Notes: generated from the letters alone by a model not told the origin. A DNA stretch of 64,000 nucleotides from Thermoplasmatota archaeon (GCA_965234725.1 CBDDUX010000026.1:53223-117222); one strand, 5' to 3'; shown: positions 51,875-62,525, numbered from the stretch's first letter. A program made the numbers and translations.

Positions 51875-53102
51875 TATGAAAAAAATCCTAATCATTTCAT
51901 TTTATTATCCTCCAAATAATTCGATTGGAGGAAAGCGTATGTATTATTTAATAAAAAATTTAAAAAATGATCAAAATTATAAACTTACATTAATCACTAG
52001 TGAACCAAATGTTAATGATTCTAGTATTGAAGTAAAATGTTTAAAATTTTTTGATATATTCAATGAAAATATTAAAAAAAATATAAAAAATACTAAAGGT
52101 AAAATAAGAAGTGATAAGAATAAAAGTGTTAAAAAATTTTTAAATAAAATTCAATTTTTAATATTTTTTCCGGAACATTATTTATTATTATGGTATATAC
52201 CTAACATTATTAAAATTAATAAAATCAGAAAAAATAATAATTTTGATTACATTATTTCTTCTTCACCGCCAAATGTTGTCCATTTTATCGGAAAATTTTT
52301 TAAAAATAGGAATAATATTTGGATAGCTGATTTTCGTGATCCATGGGAAAAAAGGTATAGTAATAAACACTCATTGATGAATTTTATTGATGGGAAAATT
52401 AAATTGAAAACAATATTAAAAGCAAATATTATAACATGTATATCTGATTACTATCTCAATGGATTAAAAAATAAAAATAATAATACTAAATATTATAAAA
52501 TTATGAATTCTTATGATTCAAATGAATATAAATGTAAGGTAAAATTACTAGAGAAATTCACAATTACTTATACGGGATCACTATATGGTGGAAAAAGGAA
52601 TCCAGAGATTCTATTCAAAGCTATAAGATCATTGTTGGATAAAAAAATAATGGAAATAAATAACATTCAAATTCGATTTTATGGTAATGATAGTTATACA
52701 ATACTTGACAAAATTCAATATTATAAATTATCAGATATTGTTGAATTACATAGAAATATTGATCACAAAGATATTATTAATAAACAAAAAGAATCACATT
52801 TGTTATTATTATTATTAGTAGATCAAGAAGATGAATATGGTGTCTTCACTGGTAAATTTTTTGAATATATAGGAGCTAAAAGGCCAATATTATCCATAGG
52901 TCCCAAATCTGAAATTCAGAAATTTATTATAAATAAAAAAATTGGAATTCATACCAATAACCAAAAGAATTTAGAAAAATATTTGTTGTTTCAATATAAT
53001 AATTATATAAATAATGCTGAAATATATTATAATAATAAATTTGATAATGAAAAATATTCAGATAAAAAGATGTCTGAAAATTTTAAAAAGTTATTAAAAT
53101 GA
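51843..53102 (+). CDS. GT4-like glycosyltransferase
   Basis: YYPP, SSSPP, ADFRDPW, YTGSLY, GKFFEY. Confidence 0.85.
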   Translation: MDISILQRVYDMKKILIISFYYPPNNSIGGKRMYYLIKNLKNDQNYKLTLITSEPNVNDSSIEVKCLKFFDIFNENIKKNIKNTKGKIRSDKNKSVKKFLNKIQFLIFFPEHYLLLWYIPNIIKINKIRKNNNFDYIISSSPPNVVHFIGKFFKNRNNIWIADFRDPWEKRYSNKHSLMNFIDGKIKLKTILKANIITCISDYYLNGLKNKNNNTKYYKIMNSYDSNEYKCKVKLLEKFTITYTGSLYGGKRNPEILFKAIRSLLDKKIMEINNIQIRFYGNDSYTILDKIQYYKLSDIVELHRNIDHKDIINKQKESHLLLLLLVDQEDEYGVFTGKFFEYIGAKRPILSIGPKSEIQKFIINKKIGIHTNNQKNLEKYLLFQYNNYINNAEIYYNNKFDNEKYSDKKMSENFKKLLK

Positions 53103-54370
53103 GAGATTTTTTATTAGGAGATTTGTTGATGAAAGTTAATTCAGAAATTTTTAGTTATTTAAAAAAATCAATATTTTATTTGCCATCACAAGTCATACCA
53201 GCTATTGCAGGTACAATTATTATCTATTTATATTCCTCTACGTTCACTCCTGATAAATATGGAACATATTCTATATACCTCATTTCATTAAATTTTATTA
53301 ATTTAATATTATTTATGTGGATAAATCAATCTATACTTCGATATTATAATGAATACAAATTAAAAAAGAAGATTAATACAATTATCACTACTTCTTTGAC
53401 ATATATGGGAATTGTAAATTTATTATTATTGTCTATTACAATTATTTGGATAATAATTATGGATATTTCTTGGGAATTAATTGTAATTTGCTTATATTTC
53501 ATATTTTTATCATATTTTAATTATATTAACAATTTACTTAGAATAGAACAAAAAATATTTAGGAGATCAATAAATATTATATTATTTAGCATTGGGCATT
53601 TAATTTTATTCATTGTTTTAACTAATGTAATTGAAAAAATATCATATATGTATATTTTCATAAGTTATTCTATCAATCTTTTTATCATAATAATATTAAA
53701 TTATAGGATTCTTATTAACAAGTATGAATATAAATCAATAAATATTAAGCTTTTAAAAGAAATATTTTATTATGGTTTTCCTTTAATTTTTGTAGCTTTT
53801 TTCATGTCAATATTATCTATGTCTGATAGGTATATGATTTTATTTTATATTGGTAAGGAAGGAGTAGGTATTTATACACCATTTTATGATATGTTTAATA
53901 AAGGATTCTCATTTATTTACCTATTTTTTATTTTAGCAGGTTATCCAATAATTTTGGATAAATGGGAAAATACCAAATCTAAAAAAGTAATCTCTCAAAT
54001 TGTAAAAAAAATGATGTTTGTGTATATAATATTTATAATTCCTGTAGTTATTGCAATTATATTATTTGATGATATATTAGTACAATTTTTTAATGAATCC
54101 TATAGGAGTGGAGGAAAAATTATAATTTGGATATCATTAGGATTTGCTTTGTATGGCTTAACCGTGTTTATTAACAAAGGTATTGAACTTAATAAAGATA
54201 CGAAAAAATTAGCATTGATGGTAATAGCATCTGGATTAATAAATATCATATTAAATATCTGTTTGATACCAAGGTATGGAATAGAAGGAGCTGCGATTGC
54301 AACTTTCTTATCTTATTTGTTTTATTTTATTATTTCATCAATAACTTCAAGATATTATTTAAAGTGGTAA
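53099..54370 (+). CDS. Wzx-type oligosaccharide flippase
   Basis: ~12 TMs; YG.P, SDRYMI..Y.G...VGIY, NIILN..LIP.YGIEGAAIAT. Confidence 0.9.
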   Translation: MRDFLLGDLLMKVNSEIFSYLKKSIFYLPSQVIPAIAGTIIIYLYSSTFTPDKYGTYSIYLISLNFINLILFMWINQSILRYYNEYKLKKKINTIITTSLTYMGIVNLLLLSITIIWIIIMDISWELIVICLYFIFLSYFNYINNLLRIEQKIFRRSINIILFSIGHLILFIVLTNVIEKISYMYIFISYSINLFIIIILNYRILINKYEYKSINIKLLKEIFYYGFPLIFVAFFMSILSMSDRYMILFYIGKEGVGIYTPFYDMFNKGFSFIYLFFILAGYPIILDKWENTKSKKVISQIVKKMMFVYIIFIIPVVIAIILFDDILVQFFNESYRSGGKIIIWISLGFALYGLTVFINKGIELNKDTKKLALMVIASGLINIILNICLIPRYGIEGAAIATFLSYLFYFIISSITSRYYLKW

Positions 54371-54933
54371 ATACCGGTGATATTATGATTGAAATTATTA
54401 ATATTATTAAAAGAATAAAGTCATTAAAAAATATATTATTTAGTATCTTATTAGGATCAAAATACAAGATTAAAGTCTTAAGAAAAAAAGGAGCTATAAT
54501 TGGCAATAATGTTAATTATCTTACAATATATCTTCCTGATTATAATGAATCTTCATTATTAACTATAGGAAATTATGTAACAATATCGAATAATGTAATG
54601 TTTATATTTCATGATGGAGCTATAGGAATAATTAATAGGCATCCTTATTTTTTAAAAAGAAATATTCATGTTTACAAAATTGGAAGTATTTGTATAGGAA
54701 ACAACTCATTTTTAGGTGCAGGATCAATTATACTACCAAATATTAAAATTGGTAATTTTTCAATAATAGCAGCAGGGTCAGTTGTTACAAAAAACATTCC
54801 ATCTAATCAAGTTTGGGCAGGATGTCCAGCAAGATTTATTAAAACAACAGAACAATATATTGAAGAAGTAATTAAAGACAATAATTATAAAATATCAAAA
54901 GAAGAAATAGATAACATAATTAGGGAAAATTAA
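54364..54933 (+). CDS. Hexapeptide-repeat acyltransferase
   Basis: IILPNIKIG..SIIAAGSVVTK.IP....AG.PAR. Confidence 0.88.
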   Translation: MVNTGDIMIEIINIIKRIKSLKNILFSILLGSKYKIKVLRKKGAIIGNNVNYLTIYLPDYNESSLLTIGNYVTISNNVMFIFHDGAIGIINRHPYFLKRNIHVYKIGSICIGNNSFLGAGSIILPNIKIGNFSIIAAGSVVTKNIPSNQVWAGCPARFIKTTEQYIEEVIKDNNYKISKEEIDNIIREN

Positions 54934-55176
54934 TGAGTGATAAATCAGGAAAATATTGTTTGAAAAAAAAACATTGAATCATATTTAGATTCTTTAATAT
55001 ATTATGATAATATTAAAGGTCCTTTTTAAAATAATCTTTGGGAAGTATCTTTTTATTCAACCATGTGAAGAGAATATCAGCTTTATTGACTTAAAATTAA
55101 TCAAAAATAATATCAAAAATAATATCGGACTTTTATGTAATAAAAATATATTTAATAATTAAGATTGTGATATAAT

Positions 55177-57606
55177 ATGAAATGTAATATAATGGATCAA
55201 CAGATGAAGATAATATTTGGATTAATATCCGTAATCATTGGAGTTTTGTTAAGAACAATAATTTCGAAGATCATATTCCTTCAACCAGATGAGGAGATCT
55301 TTGGATACATTGCTTATATCTTTGGGAAAGGTCCTTCTATCGAATATCTGATCACAAGAGGTTTTCATTGGTTAGGATTCCCTCTCTTTCTCTCGATATG
55401 GTTGAAGATTTTCGGAGTATCAATGTTCTCTGCCAGGATGTTCTCGGTCCTGTGCTCTGCATTGATGATTATTTTTCTGTATATTACGCTTTTAAAGATT
55501 ACAAAACAGGTAAAATATGCTTTCATAGGATCCATAGTTCTATCTGTAATTCCATTTTCTTTGAGATACGGCTTCATGATCCTTACCGAACCTCTCGTAT
55601 GGGTGTTCTTATCTCTTTCCATTCTAACACTGGTATATGCTTTCGAGAAAGAGAAATGGTATATGTTTGCCCTTTCAGGGTTCCTGGCAGTATCCGGAGC
55701 TTTCATCCGGAGATCGGCCCTGATCATGTTTTTTATAATCATCCCTACTCTTGTCTGGACAAATAGGGATTCTTTCAAGAAAATGGGGAAAGAAACACTT
55801 TCATGGGCAGGAGGATATCTTCTTCCACTCATCCTTGGTCTGGGATCACTTTTCCTTTACTATGGGTATGATAAACTCAAAGAGATGAACTTCACCAAGG
55901 TCCCTCATCTCACAGAGAACCTCTCCGTGAGTGTTTCGGGAATTCTTACCCAGGAATCATTCATCTATGCCGCTCAACCGATCTCGTGGAAGGCCCTTAC
56001 ACTTGTGATCTTGACCGTGGTTGCAAGTGGAGTTCTGTTGACGGCCCTTTTCAAGAATAAATGGAAAGTGGTCTATCTTGGAGCCCTATTGTGGCCCGCT
56101 CTCGCTGCAGTAATATTTTATGATAAGTTATCCGATTTCACTCTGGCAAGAGTGATGGTCCTCCCCATCGTTGTTCTGTTCATAGAAACAGGGATGAAGA
56201 GATCTTTCCAATTTTATATTGCATTATCCATTCTTATCGGATCTGCCGTTGCTTTCTCAACAATAACTCTTGCCGGAAATCTTTGGAATGTTGTTATTTA
56301 CATGTCAATTGGAGCCATTGTTCTGGTGTACCTAGAGGATAAAATGGATTCCAAAGTTATATCTCCATTTCTCTTGTTCGGAGGAATTCTATTTTTATTG
56401 CTCCTGATGAATAGAGAACCGGGTCTGAAGGATCTTTTCCTGGTTCTACTTCCAATCGCCGGGATGACATACTGTATTGGTGTCCCATTGACGAGAAAAC
56501 CCGATAATGGAATGATATTTGCCCTTTTCGGTTTTCTTATACCAATTGTATTCTTCTCATCTTTTGATCCTTTGATGATCCTTACGATCCTATTTCTTTC
56601 AGTAATAGGTGCCTTCTTGATATATTCAATAAGATCAAAGAAAGGATGGAAACTTGTTTCACTACTTTTCCCAATTGGTGCAGTATTCTTTGCCCTTCAG
56701 ATTCCACAGAATGTTCCTTTCTGGGGTATATACCTTCCAATTCTTGGAACCATCATCTACATGGGTTCTGCATTCACCGGTTTACCTTTCATTAAAAAAT
56801 TAGACCATATTATACCACTAACCGGAGCAATAATTGGATTTATTATCGTTTATATGGATACATCATCGATATTCTATTCAGCTATCGCTCTTGTTCTGGT
56901 GGGTTCATTCTCAACCATGATGAGACAGCTGGATAATCTTTCGATCATATGGAAAAAACTGGTCAAGGAAAGAATTTCCATTTTATTCATAATGATGATA
57001 TTTGGTTATTTACTGTTCTATGATTATTATCTGTGGAGGGAGGTATACTTCACAGAATTCTTATTCCAGGCAGCTATTTTATCGGGCCTTCTTATATGGA
57101 TTCTGAGATCGAAGATAAATATCATTAGGGTGGAAAAAACGGAAAATAATACCATTAGAAGGATACTGAAACCGATCAAGATCCGAAGACGGATATCCGT
57201 TCTGTTCATGTTATTCCTAATGATATCAATTCCTATCAGTGTTCAGGCATTTATACAGACTGATTGGTTCCAGGAGGAGCCCATGGACCAGAGACCTTAC
57301 ATGAGGACAATGGAGGAGATCGGTAATTGGATACAAGATAATTCTGGTAAAAATGAAAAGGTCCTGGCCTGGCATTCATTTGCTCTGGAAGCTAATAGAG
57401 AAACCATCCTGGAGATATCCAATGCGAAGGTGTACAATGGGAAAGAGATAATAGAAACGATGGAAACCGAACATGTGAATATTTTCGTCAGATGCTATTA
57501 TACAACCCATGGACTTTGGAATCAGAAAATATTTCAAGATTATATTCTGTATAATTTTGTTATTGAGAAAATAATTGATGGAAATGAGTGCTGGATAAGA
57601 TACTAA
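55177..57606 (+). CDS. ArnT/PMT-like (GT-C) membrane glycosyltransferase
   Basis: QPDEE after TM1, FGVSMFSAR, ILTEP; many TMs. Confidence 0.75.
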   Translation: MKCNIMDQQMKIIFGLISVIIGVLLRTIISKIIFLQPDEEIFGYIAYIFGKGPSIEYLITRGFHWLGFPLFLSIWLKIFGVSMFSARMFSVLCSALMIIFLYITLLKITKQVKYAFIGSIVLSVIPFSLRYGFMILTEPLVWVFLSLSILTLVYAFEKEKWYMFALSGFLAVSGAFIRRSALIMFFIIIPTLVWTNRDSFKKMGKETLSWAGGYLLPLILGLGSLFLYYGYDKLKEMNFTKVPHLTENLSVSVSGILTQESFIYAAQPISWKALTLVILTVVASGVLLTALFKNKWKVVYLGALLWPALAAVIFYDKLSDFTLARVMVLPIVVLFIETGMKRSFQFYIALSILIGSAVAFSTITLAGNLWNVVIYMSIGAIVLVYLEDKMDSKVISPFLLFGGILFLLLLMNREPGLKDLFLVLLPIAGMTYCIGVPLTRKPDNGMIFALFGFLIPIVFFSSFDPLMILTILFLSVIGAFLIYSIRSKKGWKLVSLLFPIGAVFFALQIPQNVPFWGIYLPILGTIIYMGSAFTGLPFIKKLDHIIPLTGAIIGFIIVYMDTSSIFYSAIALVLVGSFSTMMRQLDNLSIIWKKLVKERISILFIMMIFGYLLFYDYYLWREVYFTEFLFQAAILSGLLIWILRSKINIIRVEKTENNTIRRILKPIKIRRRISVLFMLFLMISIPISVQAFIQTDWFQEEPMDQRPYMRTMEEIGNWIQDNSGKNEKVLAWHSFALEANRETILEISNAKVYNGKEIIETMETEHVNIFVRCYYTTHGLWNQKIFQDYILYNFVIEKIIDGNECWIRY

Positions 57607-57659
57607 AGATAATCGAAAGGGTCCTGTGATTCGGAATATTTTTGCCACACCAAGCAATG

Positions 57660-57685
57660 ACCCGGACCGCAGGACCCTTTGAGTA
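57660..57685 (+). repeat. 26-bp exact direct repeat, copy 1
   Basis: ACCCGGACCGCAGGACCCTTTGAGTA, also at 60216-60241. Confidence 0.9.
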
Positions 57686-57726
57686 GTTAATGATCAATTA
57701 AAATCTTTTTTAAATACAAGAATAAA

Positions 57727-58818
57727 GTGGTGATCATGAGAATATTAACGGTTATCGGTGCAAGACCACAATTCGTGAAAGCTGCTCCAGTATCCAGACA
57801 ACTGAGAAAAATTAATGAGGAGATCCTCCTTCACACTGGCCAGCACTATGATGAGAATATGTCTGCATCATTCTTCAGAGATCTCAACATTCCCACACCG
57901 GATTATAATTTAGGTGTAGGTTCAGGTAATCACGGACAACAAACAGGGGAGATGTTGAAAGGAATAGAAGATGTGATTCTGAAAGAAAAACCGAACCTGG
58001 TCCTGCTCTATGGCGATACAAACTCAACTATAGCGGGGTCCCTTGCTGCGGTGAAGCTCCACATACCGGTAGCTCATATAGAATCAGGTCTCAGATCATT
58101 CAACAGGTATATGCCTGAAGAGATCAACAGGGTTACAACGGATCATCTTTCCTCAATACTGTTCGCACCCACGGATGAAGCAGTGAAAAACCTTGAAAAA
58201 GAAGGGATTTCAAGAGATAGAATATTTCGAACCGGAGATGTAATGTTTGATGCATTCCTCTTTGCAAAGGAGAACCTCGATCTTGATATGATCCTGAATA
58301 AGTACAATTTAAAGGAAAACGAATACGTTCTTTCCACTGTCCATAGACCGGAAAATACGGATAAGAAAGAAGACCTGAAGAGTTTATTTGATGGTCTCAA
58401 CGGTTCTCCGAAAACAGTCATTCTTCCTCTTCATCCAAGAACAAGGTCTTTCATTGAAAAACATTCATTTAATAAGGAAATGTGGGATAATATTCGATTC
58501 ATTGATCCGGTCGGGTATCTGGATTTCATTGGTTTGGAGATAGGAGCCTGGAAGATAGCAACAGATTCAGGTGGTATTCAGAAAGAAGCATACCTTGCAT
58601 CAAAACCCTGCATCACGATGAGGAAACAGACTGAATGGGTTGAAACAGTTGGAGCAGGATGGAATGTGATCACTTCAAATAATACGAGAAAAATAATCGA
58701 TTCACTCAATAATTTCAATCCAACCAATGTTCAAACTCCACTTTATGGTGATGGCAAGGCTTCAGAAGAGATTTCAGAGGTCATTAATCAATACAGTGAC
58801 AAAAAGATACTCCTCTAA
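57727..58818 (+). CDS. wecB: UDP-N-acetylglucosamine 2-epimerase (non-hydrolysing)
   Basis: GARPQFVK, HTGQHYD, GDTNST, HIESGLRS, MPEEINR, TDSGGIQKEA, YGDG.AS. Confidence 0.95.
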   Translation: MVIMRILTVIGARPQFVKAAPVSRQLRKINEEILLHTGQHYDENMSASFFRDLNIPTPDYNLGVGSGNHGQQTGEMLKGIEDVILKEKPNLVLLYGDTNSTIAGSLAAVKLHIPVAHIESGLRSFNRYMPEEINRVTTDHLSSILFAPTDEAVKNLEKEGISRDRIFRTGDVMFDAFLFAKENLDLDMILNKYNLKENEYVLSTVHRPENTDKKEDLKSLFDGLNGSPKTVILPLHPRTRSFIEKHSFNKEMWDNIRFIDPVGYLDFIGLEIGAWKIATDSGGIQKEAYLASKPCITMRKQTEWVETVGAGWNVITSNNTRKIIDSLNNFNPTNVQTPLYGDGKASEEISEVINQYSDKKILL

Positions 58819-59389
58819 TAAGTGAAGCAAATGATTGGCAAGATGTTATTAAACACTCAACAACAGATATCAATTCTAATGCTGACATTGGAGAGGGAAC
58901 GAAGATATGGAACCTGGCTCAGGTTAGAGAGAAATCGATAATCGGGAACAATTGTCGTATCGGCAAGAACGTCTATATCGACTATGATGTTGAGATAGGT
59001 GACCAGGTTAAGATCCAGAATAATGTCTCAGTCTACCATGGAGTAAGAATAGGAAACGATGTCTTCCTGGGTCCTCACTGCTGTTTCACTAATGACATCT
59101 ATCCGAGAGCTCCCATGGGCATATTCGAGATAGGAAAGACCTTCATAGAGGACGGGGCCTCGATCGGAGCCAATGCAACTATCATCTGCGGACATCTAAT
59201 CAGAAGATATGCCATGATCAGGCCGGGTACGTTGTCACGAAAGATATTCCATCATACGCTCTCGCTTACGGAAATCCCGCAAAGATCAGGGGATATGTAT
59301 GTGAGATGGGGCACAAGCTGGAAAAGAAGGATGATGGAACTTATTATTGTATAGAATGTAAAAAAGAAGTTGATATTCAAAGTGGATAA
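58818..59389 (+). pseudogene. WbpD-like sugar N-acetyltransferase pseudogene
   Basis: IGEGTKIW...VKIQNNVSVY.GV...FTND..PRA is in frame from an ATA at 58818 (TAATA overlap, likely formerly TAATG); 1-nt frameshift near 59220 before VVTKDIPSYALAYGNPAK...CIECKK. Confidence 0.85.
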
Positions 59390-59576
59390 TTTCAATACTT
59401 CAAGAATAAGACCAGTTAAAAGGAATTGGAAAGAAGAAATTGAAAATATGATGATGATTATTTCTCATCAGGTGGTATACATGATTTATAATTTGTTATT
59501 AGAAGATAAAAGCAAAATATTGAAGAATCCAATTTTCAAGAATAAATAGAATAGGAAGTGAATTAAAAGAGGTAAT

Positions 59577-60173
59577 TTGATGATAAAATCAAAAAAGGAT
59601 TATTTATATTATTTAGAAATGGATCGTTTAGCTTTATCAAAAACATATAAAAAACCGAAATTATTTTTAGACGAAATTTGGAAATATCAAAGAATATTAA
59701 GAAAAGTTGAATATTTAAAGAATTGTAAAAAAGGGGTATTTTGGAAATATATTTATTATTACTACACTTTGAAATTAAATAGTAAAGGATTGAAACTAGG
59801 GTTTAGTATCCAACCCAATTGTTTTGGACCGGGATTATCTATTAGTCATCCTGGAACTATTGTTGTTAATGGCGCTGCAAGAATTGGAAATAATTGTAGA
59901 ATTCATGATTGTGTTGTAATTGGAACAAAAGCAGGACACTCCAGTGTAACTGCAAAAATTGGTAATAATGCATATATTGGGCCAGGTGTGAAATTGTTTG
60001 GTGATATTGAGATCGGAAATAATATTGCCATCGGAGCAAATTCTGTTGTAAATAAGTCATTCCTTGAGGATAATATTACCATTGCTGGAATCCCAGCAAA
60101 GAAAGTAAGTAATAAAGGATCAAAGGGATTAATTATTGATGCTACGGGAATAATTGAAAGGAATACAAAATAA
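59577..60173 (+). CDS. Serine acetyltransferase-like hexapeptide protein of polysaccharide loci
   Basis: FGPGLSI.H.GTIVVN, IG.NAYIGPG.K.FG, GANSVVNKSF, AGIPA. Confidence 0.88.
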   Translation: MMIKSKKDYLYYLEMDRLALSKTYKKPKLFLDEIWKYQRILRKVEYLKNCKKGVFWKYIYYYYTLKLNSKGLKLGFSIQPNCFGPGLSISHPGTIVVNGAARIGNNCRIHDCVVIGTKAGHSSVTAKIGNNAYIGPGVKLFGDIEIGNNIAIGANSVVNKSFLEDNITIAGIPAKKVSNKGSKGLIIDATGIIERNTK

Positions 60174-60215
60174 TAATTCCTTCTGAATTAAACGTTCGAT
60201 AGGAATCAATTCACA

Positions 60216-60241
60216 ACCCGGACCGCAGGACCCTTTGAGTA
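60216..60241 (+). repeat. 26-bp exact direct repeat, copy 2
   Basis: Identical to 57660-57685. Confidence 0.9.
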
Positions 60242-60286
60242 ACTATTGGGATGATTTATTCCTTTTGATGGATAGTAACGGTCCTA

Positions 60287-60561
60287 AAGGGAAAACCAAT
60301 CTATCGATCGATCACCGGTCCTAATCCGGAGAAATGAATGTTTGGGGCACCAGTTTTAAGAATACAACATATCCAACTTTACTCGGTATCAGTTAACGTC
60401 ACATTTATCACCATCCAGATCCCAAAAAAACATAACCCCAACGCCTCCATCAACACTTTTCACCTTATCCCGAGCAAAGTTCTAGAATATATAAACCGAT
60501 CCCGAGATACGTCATACGACCGTTTAACGAGCAAAGTTGTTTTAGAACATTACTCGTGATC
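60287..60561 (+). repeat. ~275-bp imperfect direct repeat, copy 1
   Basis: Alignable to 61805-62084; contains several AACTTTRCTCG boxes. Confidence 0.88.
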
Positions 60562-60931
60562 CTTATGCAACTTTACTCGTGATAGATCATGGTCTATCAT
60601 CTCTACTCTATTCTTCGAATATAGCATCAAATATCGCTCACCGGTTTGTATCAAGATAGAGGTTCAGTCCAGATATCCTCAATATATCATCCATTCCTCT
60701 TTCTCTGGGAAGAGGGTATGCCTTCAAACAATGATCATCAATTTTCTTGATCATATACGGATTCATACAGGTTTAAAGTGAGATTTCGGATTCTGGAAAA
60801 AATATGATTTCGATAATTTCTTTCAATGGCACTGGTTGGTCCAATTTCTCAAACCCTCGGATCAATACAATTACTTGAACCATCATTTTATTAAATAGCT
60901 GGAACATTACAAAACAACGAGGTGCACATGG

Positions 60932-61225
60932 ATGATTTATTCCCTTGGTGATGTCCGGAAAAAAATAGGCTCTCATCGTTCTGTTCTGAAAAAAATGTTC
61001 AATGTAAAGCGCTTAGGAGTATTCGGATCATACGTTCATGATTCTCAAACAGATAGTTCCGACATCGATATCCTGGTGGAGTTCGATAAACCCATCGGGT
61101 GGGAGATAGTGGACCTTCAATTATATCTTGAAGAAATACTTGGAAAGAAGGTGGATCTTGTTACGATAAAATCTCTCAGACCGGAACTGAGGGAAATCAT
61201 TCTCCGGGATGTGGTTTATACTTGA
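60932..61225 (+). CDS. Minimal nucleotidyltransferase (MNT) antitoxin
   Basis: GVFGSY......SDIDILVEF, LGKKVDLV. Confidence 0.92.
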   Translation: MIYSLGDVRKKIGSHRSVLKKMFNVKRLGVFGSYVHDSQTDSSDIDILVEFDKPIGWEIVDLQLYLEEILGKKVDLVTIKSLRPELREIILRDVVYT

Positions 61226-61602
61226 AAAAGAAGGATCGGTCCGAACTCTATCTGAAGGACCTCATGGATTCAATGGACCAGGTTATGACCTATGTGGACG
61301 GCATGACATTTAATGAATTCGAAAAGGATAAAATGAGAATAGATGCTGTTTTAAGGAATATTCAGATAATAGGTGAGGCTGCGAGGAACATATCCGAGGA
61401 GATCAAGGAAAAGTATCCTGATATTCCCTGGAGAAGAATGATTGGATTGAGGAATATCGTTGTTCACGCCTATTTCGGAGTGGATCTGGAGATGATATGG
61501 AGAATCTCGACAGTTAATATTCCAGAAACACAACCTCAACTGGAAATGATTGTTGAAAATTTTAAAGAAGGAAATGAAGAGGAAGATCCCGAGGATCAAT
61601 AG
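61222..61602 (+). CDS. HEPN/DUF86 (HepT-like) RNase toxin
   Basis: DAV.RN..IIGEA, IPW..M.GLRNIVVHAYFG; Rx4H motif intact. Confidence 0.93.
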   Translation: MKKKDRSELYLKDLMDSMDQVMTYVDGMTFNEFEKDKMRIDAVLRNIQIIGEAARNISEEIKEKYPDIPWRRMIGLRNIVVHAYFGVDLEMIWRISTVNIPETQPQLEMIVENFKEGNEEEDPEDQ

Positions 61603-61804
61603 CAGTTCATAATTCTGTTAAAATAAAAAGTTGCATTGAGGTGCCTCCATATGAGAGGGGTATTGTGGAGATAAAGGGGAAAGTATTCTGAGTCCTGTTG
61701 ATGAGAAGATTTTTTTCAGAGTGGTGAAAGAATATATTTCAAGATGATCGAAAGGGTCCTACAAGGAAGAATTTGAAAGTTTGATGCTGTTAAATTATAT
61801 ACCC

Positions 61805-62084
61805 AAGGGGAAAACTAATCGATTGATCAATAAACGGTCCTCATCCGAAGGGATGACTGTTGTGTTACAAAATCAGTTTTAAAAATACATCATATCCAAC
61901 TTTACTTGGTATCAGTTAACGTCACATTATCAGTCATCCAGATACCAAAAAAACATAACCCTAACACCTCCATCATCAAAATAATCACAATCCCGAGCAA
62001 AGTTCTAGACTATATAAACCAATCCCGAGATACGTCACATCACCATGTAACGAGCAAAGTTGTTTTAGAACTTTACTCGTGATC
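61805..62084 (+). repeat. ~275-bp imperfect direct repeat, copy 2
   Basis: Alignable to 60287-60561. Confidence 0.88.
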
Positions 62085-62258
62085 AAGATTAATTGCATCG
62101 GTCCTAATTTCCGATTGATTTTTCAGGGTCCTGAATTCTTCAAGAATTGGAAGATTATCCAAAGGGTCCTGAAATTTAGATCGATTGGAGGACTTCTTTG
62201 TTACAAGCATTTATACTGATGGATTCTCATATGGATAAATGTCCGTGTGTGGATTGGA

Positions 62259-62372
62259 ATGAGTGAAAGTGACAATAAGAAATGCAAGATCTGCGGGAAA
62301 GAGTTCATCGGCGGTACTGGTTGGTATTTGAATATGTGTCCAAAGTGCTATCAGAATAGATTATTATTTTGA
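62259..62372 (+). CDS. 37-aa zinc-finger microprotein (MSESDNKKCKICGKEFIGGTGWYLNMCPKCYQNRLLF)
   Basis: Own translation; CxxCG...CPxC. Confidence 0.6.
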   Translation: MSESDNKKCKICGKEFIGGTGWYLNMCPKCYQNRLLF

Positions 62373-62434
62373 TAAAGATAAAGATGAGATAATCTTTCTC
62401 CGTAAGATTATTTGTATTGGAAGGATAGAAAACC

Positions 62435-62525
62435 TATACAACTTTATTCGTGATCAAATATCATACCTTGGGTCCTCGCTTTCAGCTCCTTTTCGGGGGT
62501 CCTGATCGGAACTGTGTTTATGGAG
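62435..62525 (+). repeat. ~90-bp imperfect direct repeat, copy 1
   Basis: Exact 23-bp core CGGGGGTCCTGATCGGAACTGTG at 62494-62516 and 63875-63897. Confidence 0.85.

Noticed and set aside
60338-60559. 73-aa + strand ORF inside the long repeat
   Set aside because: The frame is open in copy 2 but has no start codon there; better explained as part of the repeat
60371-60560. Integron attC site or DGR template/variable pair
   Set aside because: ATCCAAC fits RYYYAAC but there is no matching GTTRRRY end; differences between copies are not adenine-specific and no reverse transcriptase or integrase is present
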